Below are positions 46,306 through 62,976 of a stretch of 64,000 nucleotides of DNA, in pieces. Position numbers and translations under genes: made by a program. Source of the stretch: the human T2T-CHM13v2.0 reference genome, Homo sapiens; the NCBI RefSeq assembly GCF_009914755.1, contig NC_060942.1; one strand, given 5' to 3'. The notes below the pieces were generated by a model that saw only the letters and a program-made list of their open reading frames with translations, was not told the DNA's origin and did not search any database. Position 1 is the first letter of the stretch. Each line of letters opens with the position of its first letter.

Positions 46306-48729
46306 GCTTTTATTCCCCTTCACTCCCTTGGGTGAGCTCTGCCTTCGGGGGGTGAGGAGAAGACACCTCCTGGCCTCCCCATCACAGTGGGCTGTGGCTT
46401 GGACCCATTCATTAACTACAGCAGCTGCCACCCTCAGAGAGCAGGCTGTGTGGGAAGGGAGGGAGGTCAGATTGCTCCAACCACCGAGGAAGACAGGTGA
46501 AGGCAGGCCTGGGTGAACAGCCTTGGGAACTCTCCAGAAGGCATCAGTGGGAAGGCACTGGGATGAATCTAAATAGGATGAAAAAGGAGGCTCCAGGCAG
46601 ACCCATAGGGATTGAGGCCAGAGGGCCGGGAGCAGTGTGTTAGGTGCCCTGCAGACGTCTCCATGTTTCGGTGGCACCGGGCCCCATCTTTGTTCACCTG
46701 GCTGTCCTCCATCTCCTTCTCTTCTCACCCCTTCTTGTTTTCCTGTTTCCTCTCTAAGCCTCCTAGCTCACAGCACTCATGATGGATGTTCCATGCCCAC
46801 CAGAAACACACAGTACTAAAACCATTGCTCCTTTGGGAACAAAACCTTGGCCTGAGATTCAGGTGATCTGATTTCTAGTCTCCATTCTGCTCCCAACTCA
46901 CCAAGTGACCAGGAGCAAACATTACTGCCTGTGCCTTGAATTCCCCACCTAGAAACTTTCTTCTAAAGGCACAGAAGCAAAGTGGAAGAAAGGCCAGTTG
47001 GCTGGCATCAGGGGCCTGGGTTCCAGCCCTGCCTCCTGAGTGTTAACTGTGCCACCTCAAGCAAGTTGCCAAGCCCGGTGGGTCTTGGCTTCCTCACTCA
47101 CTGTCCAATGAGAGAGAATATGGCCAGCATCCCACACGTGGCTATGGGGAAGATCCTGCAGTTCCCTTTAAGTCTTAAGCAGAGGGAAACTTTCCTTCAT
47201 CCAGCGGGGGCCCAATGGACACATCTGCTTTACCAAGTGAGATTTTCCTGTCATCTACAAGAACGCGTAGAGAAATGAATGTGCAGTGCATGTGGGGGAG
47301 GCACCGGGATGGCATAAAGCCAGCCGTGGGATTGCTTATCCAGCCAGGCAGGACTCCTGTCCTGGCATCTTCCCTTGCCACCCATCTGGAGACCAAGACC
47401 CCAAATTCCAGATGTGAGGCTCTGTGAGATCAAGCCAGTCCTCACACCAGAATGACCTGCATCCTTCGCCTTCTCAAGGGAGGCCAGTGCTGTTTACTTC
47501 ACACCTTCCGACGGTTTGGGAAGAGAATCCAATGTTGTAAAGCCTGCCATCTTCTTGAATGGCACCAGATACTGACACTCGGTACACGCAGCTCTCTGGA
47601 GCATGCTGTTTTCTCGGTGGCACTGATCTGCTGCCTTCACAGAGAGTTCTGATACAATCATGGCATGCAGAAAAGAGCAAAATATCAAGGGGCCAGAGCA
47701 CCACGGTTCTCAGACACACAATGGGAGAGCCAGGTAAGGACATAGAAATCAGCCAGCCCCCTAGAAAGGCCCCCCAGAAGTAACTCACCTGAGGTGATGG
47801 TAGAGACTGGATTTGCTTTCAGGAGTAAACCAAGGAACAGCAAAACAAAAATAAGCCTCGTTAGGAGTCGTGTTACTCTTTGGTTTTTAACTTCAAATTA
47901 ATTTCTCTTCTGAACCTTCTGCAGACCAAGCTGCCAAATGTAACTCCAGTTTTCCACACTTCTGCCTATAGCCTTGCACCGTAGTGAACTAAAATTCAGA
48001 AAGACTGGAAGCTAAGGAAGTCACTCAGTCATCAAACATTAAATTCTGTTCCCTGGCAGCTATGTACCCAGGCAGGAGATTGAATGGGAACTCTTTGGAG
48101 AGATTTCCAGCAACAGGAGTTGAAACAAAAAGTCTTTTCTGCTTAATCCTCATTTAGCCAGAGCACTAAACTGCTTCCTAAAAAGCACCAAAACTTTGTC
48201 CACATGATATTCTTTACAATGGTGCGTCCTTTCTGAACAATGGATTTTCTTCTCAGATGTGGCTCCCGATTTAAGCAAACCAAACCGACACAACTTCATA
48301 CCTGCTGGATGGCTAAGGGATGTTTGCTCACATTACAACACTCATCTTGCCAGCTGGCTTCCTGTAGCTTCCTTTAAACAGATCGAGATTTTTCTCCATC
48401 CAATGTGAGCCCAGTGGACACGTCTGCTATGTGAAGTAAGACTGTCCTGAAATCCATGTCGGTTATTTACCCTTGTGGTACTCACGGCCATCCAGAAGGG
48501 TATTGCCTCCTTAAGCTCAACTCTGGCTGACTGGCGGAGAAGAAAGCAGAGATTAGACAGAGGTCACAGATTCTGAGCAGTGAGACCAAGGAGGCAAGAG
48601 CAGATGGATCTGAGGTCCCTGGCAAATTATTCTCTGCCTTATACTCTGCCACTAGTGTTTTCCACAAAGCCCAGATGGAGACGGCCAAGGATTGTGTGTG
48701 TGTTTTATATATGTATGCATCTATACATA

Positions 48730-49215
48730 TATAACAGCTTTAATGATATGTAATTCACATACATATAAAAACATAGATGAAAATAACTTAGAATTCACAT
48801 ACCTTTTGCCCATTTAAATTGTACAGTTCAGTGTCTTTTAGTATATTCCCAGAGTTGTTCATTCTTGCCATACCAATTTTAGAAAATTTTCATCATCCCA
48901 AAAGGAAACATCATGTGTCACCATGCCTGGCTAATTTTTTTTCTATTTTTTATAGAGACAGGTTCTCACTGCATTGCCTAGGCTGGCCCTGAACTCCTGG
49001 GCTCAAGTGATCCTGTCACCTCAGCCTCCCAAAGTGTTGGGATTACAGGCGTGAGCCACCATGCCTGGCCAATGGTAGGATATTTAGAAGCATCCTTGGC
49101 CGCTACTTACTAGAAGCCAGTAGCTGCACCCCTCAAGTTATGACAACTAAAAATGCCTCTAGACATTGCCAAATATCCTTGGGGGCCCAAATTGCCCCCC
49201 AGTTGAAAACAATTA
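48730..49215 (-). mobile_element. Composite: L1M 3' end (to ~48910), Alu left monomer (~48915..49070), MER20 fragment (~49071..49215)
   Basis: cccatttaaattgtacagttcagtg; ctcctgggctcaagtgatcc; gacaactaaaaatgcctctagacattgccaaat. Confidence 0.75.
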
Positions 49216-50331
49216 TGTTATCCTAAAGTAGCTCACTCAGTTTGCGAGTTTTTGTGGAACACTGTAAAGCTCAGCCTGACCTCTTTGTGCCACCCAGCAA
49301 GTTCCCAGAGGCCTGCCTCGCTCTTTCCCTGGTACACGCCTGCAGGAGGTACCTGCTTAGGAAATGGATGCTTCCATTCCAGCTGAATCAGCACCCGGGT
49401 CTGAAGTGCCCACTCCCAGCGAGACTCTGCGGTGTGACCTCGCCTGGCAACTCGAGAAGAGCAGTCTGCTGGGCAAACACTTGGGCAGGACAAGCAAAAC
49501 CCCCACAGAAATCCTTCTGGGCCACGTGTCTGCTTGCCTGTGGTCTCGAGGGCCCTGTGTTGCCACTAGAATGCCGTCAGCTGCTCCTTTTTGGAGAGAT
49601 TTAATGGAGGGACTGGAGGCAGGGACTAATTTCAGGTGTCTCCTGGGTCCTAGGAAAAAAAAGAGAAAGCCCTGGTTTAACCTTTAGCGAGATCAGGACT
49701 GACCAGGCACGAGGCTGGGTACTGAGAACAGATGACTAAACCCATTCCCTGCCCTCGGGGTCAGGGATTCTGCTGAAAGGTGATCATGGGCAGCTGCCTC
49801 GCCCTCATCCCCAGCTTGGTGCTGGCACTTCTCTGGGGTATAGACATCTAATGACTGAGTCCCTGCCGTTGAGAGGCTACAGTCTGGTGGGGGAGGCGGC
49901 AGGTTGGCAAAGCTTACAGAAATGAAATGGAGATTGCAAAAGCTCTCTGAAGAGACGAGGCTGGGCTGGGGTGATCAGGGAGGCAGGAGCCAGTGCAACT
50001 GAAGAAAGATGGAGTTTGGAGGTGCTGAGTTCTGCAGATGAGTGTTCCAGGCACAGACGGCCCCAAAAGCTGCTTTAGACTGGAAATGTCTGGGCTCCAG
50101 ACCCCTCCCCAGGGCCCCAAACAGCAGTAAGCCTATCTCTAAAGAGCTGAGGTCAGAAAAGGCATGTGGAGGCCCCACTGGGGAACATGACTTGAGTTAA
50201 CCTCTCATGAAAGTACTTGCCTGGCTTCTGACTCTTCAAGAAAGGCAAATAGAATAAAGAGGCTTCCCACAGAATTTCAAGATGACAGAGAATCTGTGGA
50301 TGAATTCTGCTAGTGAAAGACAGTGCATATC

Positions 50332-50657
50332 ACAACCTGGATGGAACTGGAGACTATTATTCTAAGTGAAGTAACTCAGGAATGGAAAACCAAACATTGT
50401 ATGTTCTCACTCATAAGTTGGAGCTAAGCTATGAGGATGCAAAGGCATAAGAATGATACAACGGACATCAGGGACTCTGGGGAAAGGGTGGGAGGGGGGT
50501 GAGGGATAAAAGACTACAAATTGGGTTCAGTCTATACTGCTTAGGTGATGGGTGCACCAAAATCTCACAGATCACCACTAAAGAACTTACTCATATAACC
50601 AAATACCACCTGTTCTCCCAAAAACCTATGGAAATAAAAAAAAAAAAAAAAAAAAAA
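50332..50657 (+). mobile_element. 5'-truncated L1PB-like 3' end with poly-A and perfect 17-bp TSD
   Basis: tggatggaactggag..ctaagtgaagtaactcaggaatggaaaacc...atcaccactaaagaacttac; TSD gaaagacagtgcatatc at 50315-50331 and 50658-50674. Confidence 0.92.
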
Positions 50658-50716
50658 GAAAGACAGTGCATATCCCTTCTAGGACTCATAGAGCAAAAGA
50701 GGCTCGCATAAAGCTA

Positions 50717-51204
<488 letters not shown>

Positions 51205-51363
51205 TCATGCGCTGGTGTTCCACCTTTGAGGAGATGGGCAGGGGGAATAGATGTTTTAGAGAACAGCACTGAGGACTAAGTCACAGGATGTTCAAGTTAA
51301 CAAAATTGCACATATTTGCTGACTTTTCCTTCAAGGGCCTCTAGGTTAAAAATGAGGTTGTCC

Positions 51364-51490
51364 AGCCAGGCGTGGTAGCTCACGCCTGTAATCCCAGCAC
51401 TTTGAGAGAATCGCTTGAGCCCAGGAGTTCAAGACTAGCCTCAGTTGGGCAACAGAGCGAGAACCCACCTTGACAAAATTTTAAAAAAGG
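51364..51490 (+). mobile_element. Short or internally deleted Alu monomer
   Basis: gccaggcgtggtagctcacgcctgtaatcccagcacttt..ttgagcccaggagttcaagac. Confidence 0.8.
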
Positions 51491-52553
51491 GGGGCTGTTC
51501 TTCTTGAAGACTCAAGTACATAAGCTAATAAAGGCTCTGATAAGTCCTGCAATTTACAAACCAGTTTAACTATATCTCAGATTTCTCCAAATTTGACATG
51601 AAGTCTATTCACTAGGTAACATCCAATAACAATAACAACAACACTTTAGGAAGATTGAGCTAGTGCAACCTCTTATTGTAAATGGTGTCTTAGGAATTAA
51701 TACCGTGGGTCCTAGAATCTGGTCATCCTTATTAGAAAGGGGTCCTAGAGGTCTCATATCAGGACTCCAGGTTCCCATCTGGACAGTATAGGCAGGAAGA
51801 GTTTGGGGAAGGGGCTGGCTTTTCCCTCTCACCTGAGCTAGAGCCCCAGAAGGCTTGCCACTCCCAGGCTGGCTCTCCTGCCAGGTGGCAGGACTCCCTT
51901 CACCTGCCTCAGCAAGTCATTGAAGTGACCTCCCTGGCCAGAAGCTCTGGCCTTGCTTCTTCCCAGGGCTTTTTCCTTACAAATAGTAGAAAAGGAAAAT
52001 GGTAGCTGCACTCTGTATTTTAATGTGATACGTTCAGGTTGAGCTTTTATATTTCTAACCTACTCCCACGCCTACTCTTTCAGATCCAGGTGTGAGTTTA
52101 AATGCAAACCATACCAATTTCTTTCTCAGAAGAGCATCTTACTACTAACAGCTCAATACCATGAGTTAGCACTGGCTGAAATGTTTTAGAGAACCCAAAC
52201 TTATTTGGAGAGCAAGACATTCAGAACAAAAACGTAAAGAGCTTTGAACAGATTTTAAATGACAAAGGGATTCTGTCCTGTGCAACCATTTAAAAAGCTC
52301 TTTTAACACTAATATGAGAAGTCATCTGTAATAGATGAAGGAGAAAAAGTAGGTTCCAGTAAAGTACAATAGGATCATTTCAATTTTGGAAAAAGAAAGT
52401 CTATGTGTTTGTATGTGGAGACAGGGAAGGAAAGACGGGAAGTAAACCTACTTGTCATTCCTCTTAGGGAATGGAGGTGGGGAGTAGCTTGAGAATTGAG
52501 GAACGACATTCACTCTGAAGTGTACTTCTTTAATTATTGAAATTTTTAAATGA

Positions 52554-53053
<500 letters not shown>

Positions 53054-54204
53054 CTAAATGCAAATCTGCCCTGCTAGATGGCAAAATGAAAGCTCCAGAA
53101 ATGAACTGGCCAGGAAGGCAAAGCATGTCCTGGGAAGGGCAGGTACCAAAGAGGTGGGAACAAGAGTCTGACTTAACTGGAGGCACAAAGGAAGGATTCA
53201 TGCTCAGTTGAAATTTGACATGTTTTGCTTTCTGATAAGAAAACGTAAAGATCATGAAGACCCGTGCCATTCAACTTAACAAATCCTGAGGCATATTGTG
53301 TATACCTACTCTGTGTCGATACAGTTCCTACACACATATATGTGGTCATTTAAATGCCATATGACATCCAAGTTGAGGCAGTTTTCCAGAACCAATCATT
53401 CTCAAGTCAGGGCATATGGAAAAGAGACATTTAGCCTGGAGAATTCCTTTGCAAAATAGCTTATCATTTTCAGGTTTTGCCTAAAGATTTTCAGCAGGCT
53501 CTGGCCCCAGTGCACCTTTGTCAAGGGAGCAGCTCCAATAGTTTGTCAAGAGAATAAAAGTATCGGCAGCCAGGACTGGTTTTAGCCAAAACTGCAGAGA
53601 CGGCAGAGTCTTTTCTTGTAATCTCCCAGTCTCCCATCTGTCTACCCCTTCCCTACCTGAGCACTCAGATCTACACTTTGGTTACCCCCATCTCCTTTCC
53701 CATCCCCCCTCACACCCACCTTCTTTCAAAACTCTTTGATAGATCTTAAAAAGGGAGCTGGTGCCAGCCTTTACACTTTAGTATGAATGTAACTCAGGGT
53801 CACATAGCTTAGAATGTCTACATTTTAAGTTTTATTTTGGATTATGAAAGGGGAGGTTGAATCCCTTTCCAGGTAAAAGATTCTTCAGGCATCAGCTAGC
53901 AGGTAGAGGCAGTGGTTTTTGAACAACCCTTCTGCTGTTGCTCCAGAAGCCACACTGCCTCACTGTTGTTAGCCTGTAGCCCAGGTCCTGGGCATTCTCA
54001 CCCAGAGGCTCCATGCAGGGCCTCTCTCCGCGCTCTGGAGGGAATTGGCCCTCATTCTCCGTGGACCAAATGATGCATATGAGATCTCTGGTGCAGGCCA
54101 CTGCATTCTTTGTAGGACAGAATTTCGACATTCAGGATCAAGCAGGGCCTCAGATTCACTGTTGAGAGCCCAGGGGAAATAATGCTGGACAGTAGCAGGA
54201 ACGA

Positions 54205-54400
54205 GCCCTGGTTCTGTTCCTTAAGAATTATGTGACCTTAGGCAAGCTATGTATCCCTCTCTAAGCTCAGTTTTCTGACCTATAAAAAGGAAACAACAGT
54301 GTTGATTTTACAGGGTTGTTCTAAGGACTAAATGAGATAAAGAATGCGAAGTGCTTAGCATAGTGCTGGGCAGGGAGAGGGCCCTCAATAAATATGAGTT
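54205..54400 (+). mobile_element. MIR SINE
   Basis: tgtgaccttaggcaag..ctcagttttctgacctataaaa..gggttgttctaaggactaaatgagataa..gtgcttagcatagtgctgggca. Confidence 0.75.
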
Positions 54401-54720
54401 GTTTGCAGCTCTTATTACTTGGTGGGACAGAGCTAGGGGCCTGTGGGAAGAAAGAAAACAAAAGGGCCAAAGCAGGCTAGAAGCTGGGGTTGGAGAACTC
54501 AGAATAATGACACCTGTTTCCATCAGCTCCAGCTTTGATCGTGTCCTTTTACAGGATCCCCAGGCAGGAGAACACCGAGTTAGGAATGGTGACTGGCTTC
54601 CCAGTAGAGTCTGGGTTTTGAACTCATGAGTAAGGACAGCAGCTCCTCCGTTTTGCAGGGGCATCCACCTGAACCACAGGCAAGGCAGAAGTGATCCTAA
54701 GGCGTTAAATAGATAGTGCA

Positions 54721-55014
<294 letters not shown>

Positions 55015-56810
55015 GATAGTGCACAGTCTACAAGCAAAGTGAATATATTTTACCTGTGCCTGTGTGCCCTCACTTTATACACAATTGTAATAAACTTCAT
55101 CATGTGGTTGTCAAATCCGCAGCGGACTACGAGCAGCAAACTAGGGACTCAACAGGCACACCAAGCAGAGAGCAGTGATAGCTGACAGTCTGACAAAGAG
55201 ACAGAAAAAAATACAAAGGCAGACTGAGAATTCACCAAGAGTCACAGCTCTCAGGCTCTTTAGAGAGGTTTCTTCCGCCCTTCGACTTCTGAGTGCTGCA
55301 CTATGTGATGATCCAAATCATAACTGATGTTCGAATCTTGACCCTGTAAAAGGATATTAAATTATCGTCAATTTTAAGCAGCCAGTTGTGTGAATGACAG
55401 TAGCCTCTGGGTGGAGTGGTGCTTTCAAGCGTGCATGTGCTTTCCGTGGGTTTGTTTCCACGTGTTTGCTTACCATTGGATTCCCGTGGTAATCCTGTGG
55501 TATAGGAAGGGTGTGTATTATTTTATAGAGAGAAAAACTAAGGCCTAGAGTGGCTAAGAGACTTGCCTGGGCTTATGAAACGAGTGAGTGGTAGATCTGG
55601 GCTTGACTCCAGGACTTCTGACTTGAGGCTCAATGCATTTTCCACCAAACACATTTTCAAACCCTGTTCCTTGGATCCCCAGGGTTCTGCCCCAGGGCCA
55701 CAGGAGGGTTGCAGGAGCTGCTGTAGGATGCAGAGAAGGCTCATGCACAGGGCTGTGGCTTCTTGCCTCTGATTCAGTGAGAAGCATTCGGTATTTATCT
55801 GAAAGAGACTTGGGATGGGGAAAATCAAAAAGTTCCTATGCTGAGAACATTTCTATCCAAAATGACTAAAATCCAAAGAAAGTCGTGGGCTGTGTGCATA
55901 CTGCGGTAAATCTGCTGCTCTCTGAAAAACTTGGCCATCAGAATGACCTCCCTCAAGGATGCCACAATCTTGCTGGACACAGATTTTCTGAGGACAGCCC
56001 TAGATGACTCTCAGCCTCCATCCTCCCTCCTCATGCACGTGGGCTCCTCAGGCCACCCAGGGCCATTACTGCCCTTCATAATCCCTATCCCATGGGCCAA
56101 ACACGTCCCCCTCACCTCAGAAGTCCCCTGGCTGGTGTCCTGTTCTCTCAAAGTCCTGCTGAGAGACAAATGGCAAACTCCCAAATGAACTCCACTAAGA
56201 AAGCATGTTTATTTTCTCTTGTATCTTCTCCATCCACCGGAGCCCTATGTTAAGCTATTTACAGTGGGCTCATGGCTGTATCTCCCGAGCTGTGAGTAAT
56301 TAATACTTAATGAATGACAGATGTCACTCTGGTGGACCCAGAATATTAACCCAAATAATTTATTCTTAATGTGGGAATATCAGGCCCATGACTGGCCCTC
56401 AGGAAGTTGTTTGAGTAGAGAGGCCTTTGGTGACCCCATAGAGGTGGTCACTTATTCATCCAGGAAGATTGGGACCTGCTTGTCTCTTTGCCAACACCCA
56501 GCTCTCCTTGCTCCCTTACTCTGCATCCACACCAACCTCAGTGAGAGAGGAGAGAGCAAAGAGGCATCCAGATGTTAGTCATTACTCCATCACCACTGTC
56601 ACCATTGACAGATGCTTACTGACTGTGAAAAGTCTGTGCTGGGTATTGCAGGAGGGAAATTATATTATTACTTCTTTACCTGGCCACTCTAAGCATTAAA
56701 TAACCCTAAATGGTAAGTGCCTGATAACTGGCAGTGTTTATTATTATTACTGTTGCTCTCTGCCTGTCAGAAGCTGATGATTGAACCGGAAAGACAAGAA
56801 CATAGACTCA

Positions 56811-57108
56811 GGCCAGGCACGGTGGCTCACGCCTATAATACCAGCACTTTGGGAGGCCGAAGTGGGCGGATCACTTGAGGTCAGGAGTTCGAGACCAGCC
56901 TGGCCAACGTGATGAAACCCCGTGTCTACTAAAAATACAAAAATTAGCCGGGTATGGTGGCACATGACTGTAATCCCAGCTACTCAGGAGGCTGAGGCAG
57001 AAGAATCGTTTGAACCCGGGAGGCGGAGGTTACAGTGAGCCAAGATCATGCCACTGCACCCTGGCCTAGGTCAAGGCTCCATCTTAAAAAAAAAAAAAAA
57101 AAAAAAAA
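56811..57108 (+). mobile_element. Alu (S-type)
   Basis: Full dimer with a small 3' deletion; TSD atagactca. Confidence 0.95.
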
Positions 57109-57614
57109 GATAGACTCAAGTCTTAGCACATCAGGGAAAGTGTCATGTATAGCCAGTGTGAAGCGAGTGATACCGACTGGGTCTTGTATGGAACACTTTC
57201 CTTTCCATTCCTACCTTTCTAGCCCTGTTTTCCCCTATATAAGGGGTCATTTGGAGCTGGAGGGCATTCCGAGGACAGGGCGCTTGACGTGAGCCTTGTG
57301 GGTTGTCAAGATTTAAAGAGGGAGGGAGGAGGAGGCACTCCAGGTCAGGGTGATGACAAGACAGAAGGTGGCGGATGCCACGCGTGCAGTAGAGAGAGCT
57401 AGAGAGAGCGCCTGGGGAGCCGAGAGTGAGAAGGCTGCATAGGATGAGGACGGAGGCAGAGGGAGCACCTGAGAAATAAGACTGCAGGATTTGGACAAAA
57501 TATAACAAGCAAGAGGAAACCATCAAAGTCTCTATCAAAATGGAGATTGCGAAAGGGAGGGCAGAGTGACATCTATTCAGAGCTGGGAGCTTCTCCTACA
57601 TTTTCTGTTTCATT

Positions 57615-57750
57615 CTGACAGCAACCCTATGAAGTAGATATTGGCTCCTTTAATGCAGCTGAGGAAACTGAGGCTCAGAGAGGTTAAGAAAGTTGCTTTA
57701 AGTCACCAGCAAATAAGTTGCTGACTCAGGATTTGAACCCAGCCTCAGAG
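57615..57750 (-). mobile_element. MIR SINE core
   Basis: gaggaaactgaggctcagagaggttaag...ggatttgaacccag. Confidence 0.8.
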
Positions 57751-58670
57751 CTTGTGTTTTCAGCACAGTACTCAAGGGATCCTCATCTGGGAGGGCACTG
57801 CAGGATGCAGTGGGCAAGATGAGAGCCAGGCTCCCCTGATTAAAAAAAAAAAGAAAAGCAAACAAAACTGTTGGCCCTGCACTGTGTACACCCTTACCCT
57901 GTGCTGGAGCTCCCAAGAGTCAGGGCACCAGCGGAGCCAGGACATCCTAGAAGGATTCATAAAGAATTTGATGTTTGCTATTACAAAAAATCAAATACTC
58001 ATTGTGGGAAGAAAACTTGACCTTTGTTGGACTCCCTTACACTTATTTTATGGTTTGTATTGCTTTTACTTGAATTGCATACAGGACAGGGGAACTGTAA
58101 CAGCATCAGTCCTGAGTGCCTCAGAACAGCTGCTTCTGCCCTAGGGACCCACTGAGCTGAGCACTGTTGGGGATACAGCCAGTGAGGTCCTGATTTTGAG
58201 GTGGGCGGCATCTCCTATGCTTGAGACACAATTGGCTGAGTAGCAAGTAGCGTGGGCTTCCTTGGAAAGAGGCAAATGAAAAATGCAGCAGAACCTGCAG
58301 GTCTGAGAGGATCCGCACACCACTCACCCTGAACGCAAACCCAGAGAACCCCCTCATCTTCCGGCTGAAAGCCAGAGCCTCAGCTGGTGTGATTGATGTG
58401 TGTTACTCATAACACAGCCTGAGAAATCAGGTGCAGGAACTGCCCTTTTTAACAGCGTAACTTGTTTACACGGATTCTATGTGAGAACCTATTTAATTAA
58501 GGTAATTATGCACACAGACAGATGGTGATGGCAGCACACACCAACACCAGCTGATGGCAGTGGGGTTGAGGTCCTGGGACATACAGGGAGTCTTCCTGGT
58601 ATGGGGTCCCTTGCACACATTTGGAGGAGAGACACGGCACTTGAGCACCTGGAGAGAGAAAAAAGTGGGG

Positions 58671-58744
58671 CCTGAAAGAGGCAGGAGGGAAGGCGCAGAG
58701 ACTTGGGTCCTGAAAGAGGCAGGAGGGAAGGTGCAGAGACTTGG
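58671..58744. repeat. 38-bp tandem duplication
   Basis: cctgaaagaggcaggagggaagg(c/t)gcagagacttgg at 58671 and 58709. Confidence 0.9.
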
Positions 58745-58913
58745 TGGTGGCCAGACCAGCAGCATCAGCATCCCCTCGGAACTCATTACACATGCACATT
58801 GTCTGGCCACACCTGAGACTTGCTGAATCAGAAACCCTGGGGGTGAGGCCAGCAATGAGTTTTAGCAGACTCCCCAGGGGGTTCTGATGCATGCTTAAGG
58901 TTGAGAATTGCTG
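58745..58913. mobile_element. MER5A hAT MITE
   Basis: gaccagcagcatcagcatc...ctgaatcagaaaccctgggggtgaggcc..ttctgatgca..ttgagaattgctg. Confidence 0.75.
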
Positions 58914-59999
58914 ATGTAGAGCATAGCATAGCTGTTCAAAACAAAACCTGGGTTTATTCAGTTTTCACACTTAACTAGCCACTCTCACCTTCTCTTTCCC
59001 AAGCCTGACTTTACTCATCTGTAAAATAGGAACAAGAACAGCAAACCTACCGGCGTAGCATATGGGTGTCACAGAATGGGAGCTTCTCTGCTTGGTTCAC
59101 TGCTCTGTCCCAGCACCCAGAAAAGTACCTGGAGCAGAGTAGAAGCTCAATAGATATTTGCTACATTAATAATTCAATAAATGTATTCATTGAGATTTTT
59201 GAGGTAAAGTGTTAACACAGTGTTTGGCAGGCATACCGTAAGTGCTTTTAGTAATACTGCTGTTATTGGTGATGGTGATGATTAGTTCCTGTTCAGCAAA
59301 ATGAGAGACTTGACTGAAATCACTATAACATCTCTTTTAGAGAAGGAGGCAGGTGATCAGATCCACAGCCTCTGAGGTTTTTAACCACACACTAAAATAT
59401 TTAAATGGGCAGGGGACAGGGGAAGCTGTCACTTGGGCCACAGAGGGGAAGGTAGGAAGCCGAATAACATCAGCCACCCCTGAGCCTGGGCCTACCAGTA
59501 CAGAGCCATGCTCAGCCATCTGGAGATAGAAATGCTCAGGGGTCCCCAGGTAGCTTGGATGTTTCACTGGCCCAAGTGCTCCTATCAGCTGCTCCTTAGG
59601 GCCTGTGGTTTTCCAGACTGACTTGTGGAAAGGGCTTGTCAAGGCCTTCTTTACTCACTTCAATTAGGGGAGTTCGCTCTTATTCCCTGTCACTCTAGGA
59701 AATACTGAACTGTTGTAAGCCTACAAAAATCAGCTCCTTAGGCAACAATGATACTCTTCTCCCCTGAAATCAAAGTGGCAGCTGATCATGACTTTCATTC
59801 TACTGAAGGAATAAATGAAGAAACCTAGTCTGGGACCAGATTACATTTATTGGCCCTGCCCCAAATACTTCTATTTATGACCATCTTTGATCAACATCAA
59901 ATAAAATCAAATCGGGCTACAATTCAACAAGCTTCAGAGTATTAGGCCTTCCACTGAGTGGCCAGGGGGCTTCTAGAACCAGAGGCATTCAAACAGCCC

Positions 60000-61330
<1,331 letters not shown>

Positions 61331-61344
61331 ATGATATTTGGCAA

Positions 61345-62080
61345 TTTGTCAATTAAGTTCTGCCTCAGAATTAGGGCAAACTTTGCAGGTTAAGAGCAGT
61401 CCCACACAAGGGTGCTCTCACCTCAGTCAGTTGCCACAAGCCTGGGGGTCCCTAGGTCACCTGCACATCTGACCCAAGAGCTACAAATTTGGAGATTCTC
61501 ATCTTCCCTCGGATTTAATCATTCACTTGACTGGTTCCCAGAACTCAGAAAAGCCCTGCATTTGTTATTATAGTTTTATTACAAAGGATTAAAGTCAGGA
61601 CCAGCCAAAAGAAGAGACCTAGAGGATGAGGTCTGGGAAGCTCCCAAATGTGAAGTTTTTGTGTTCTCAGGACATGTCACCTTCTTAGCACATGGGTATG
61701 TATCATCAACCAGGGAAGCTCACTTGAGCTTCAGTGCCCAGAGTTTTTTGGGGAGGGTAGGAGTTAGGTTCATGACCTAGGCATGATTGATTTAATCATT
61801 GGCCACCTAACTGAACTCAACCTCCAGCCCCTCTCCACCCCCTGGAAGTTGGGCTGATACCACGTGGCTCAAAGCCCAAGCCTTCTAATCACAGTCATCC
61901 CCATCCTGAAGCCATCTAGGGACCAACCATGAGTTGCCTCATTAGCATTAAGTCAGATATGGTTCCAGGAGCCCACCATGAATAACAGACACTCCTGTCA
62001 CTCAGGAAATTCCAAGGGTTTAGAAGCTTCCTCCAGGAACTGAGAATAAAGACCAGCCAAATTCTTTATGATGTATCAGG
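61345..62080. mobile_element. MER21/MER77-family LTR
   Basis: cagaactcagaaaagc...ctcattagcat...gacactcctgtcactcaggaaattccaagggttt..ccaggaactgagaataaagacca. Confidence 0.7.
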
Positions 62081-62976
62081 CAGTTAGAAGTAAATCAAAC
62101 AACAACAACAAAATACCTAGTCCCTCTTGACAAACTCTCCATATAAATACACTGGAATACTCTACAACTGTGAAAGTGAATTAGCTACAGGTGCACACAT
62201 CAACTGTTGCATATATTTCAGTTTTGCAAACCAAATTCACTGGCAGCGCTGTGTGATTAATAGTGACGCAAACATCAGCACTCTTCTGTGGACCCATCTG
62301 CTGAGAGTGGGCAGGACCCACCAACCAGGGTTGTGGAAAACTGTGAAGCAGGCAGACTTTATCTTCAGAGCCCATACCCACCTCCTGTGCCTCTTCCCCT
62401 CCTCAGAGCCGCACCTCCCTCCAAGTGTCTGGGACATTTGCATTCTCTTTGCTTCCTCAGCTCTTCAAAACCCTCTCGGGTGCATTGCTAAGTGTGAAGG
62501 AGAAAATCCCTGCAGATTCTCTAGGCGGGAGTTGGGGGTGGGGGACAGGGAATTTGCTTCTCTAGCTATTCCACTCAAAGTTGCAACTGTGGGTTTTGGC
62601 CCTTGGTAAAGGAATTTAAGAGAGTAAGGTGACAGAGGAGGAAATCAAACCTTTTCTGGTGGCCGAAATTCTCACCAGCTTGTTTAGGTGAAGGACAGAA
62701 ACACCTTTCAAAACCACACCAGCTCCCCCTGCAGCCATGCCCTTCACGTGTTCCCTCCTCTAAGGAATACCAGGGGCCTCTTTGCAAACTCTCCAGCCCT
62801 CGAGATGATTTTCCTCCGCCTATTAGAACATGGGCCCTACCATGGATTAGATTACTTCAAAGAAGGTTCCTAGAATATGTTTCTGCTTTCCAAGCTTAAA
62901 TTCTAACAAGACACCCCCACCCCCACCCCCATCCTCCTTGGCCATTATCCTCTTCTTTTGCCCAGCTTACTCTGGT

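Noticed and set aside
55304-55328. Box C (GTGATGA) and CTGA suggesting a C/D snoRNA
   Set aside because: The boxes are only about 20 nt apart, with no later D box or terminal stem at a suitable distance.
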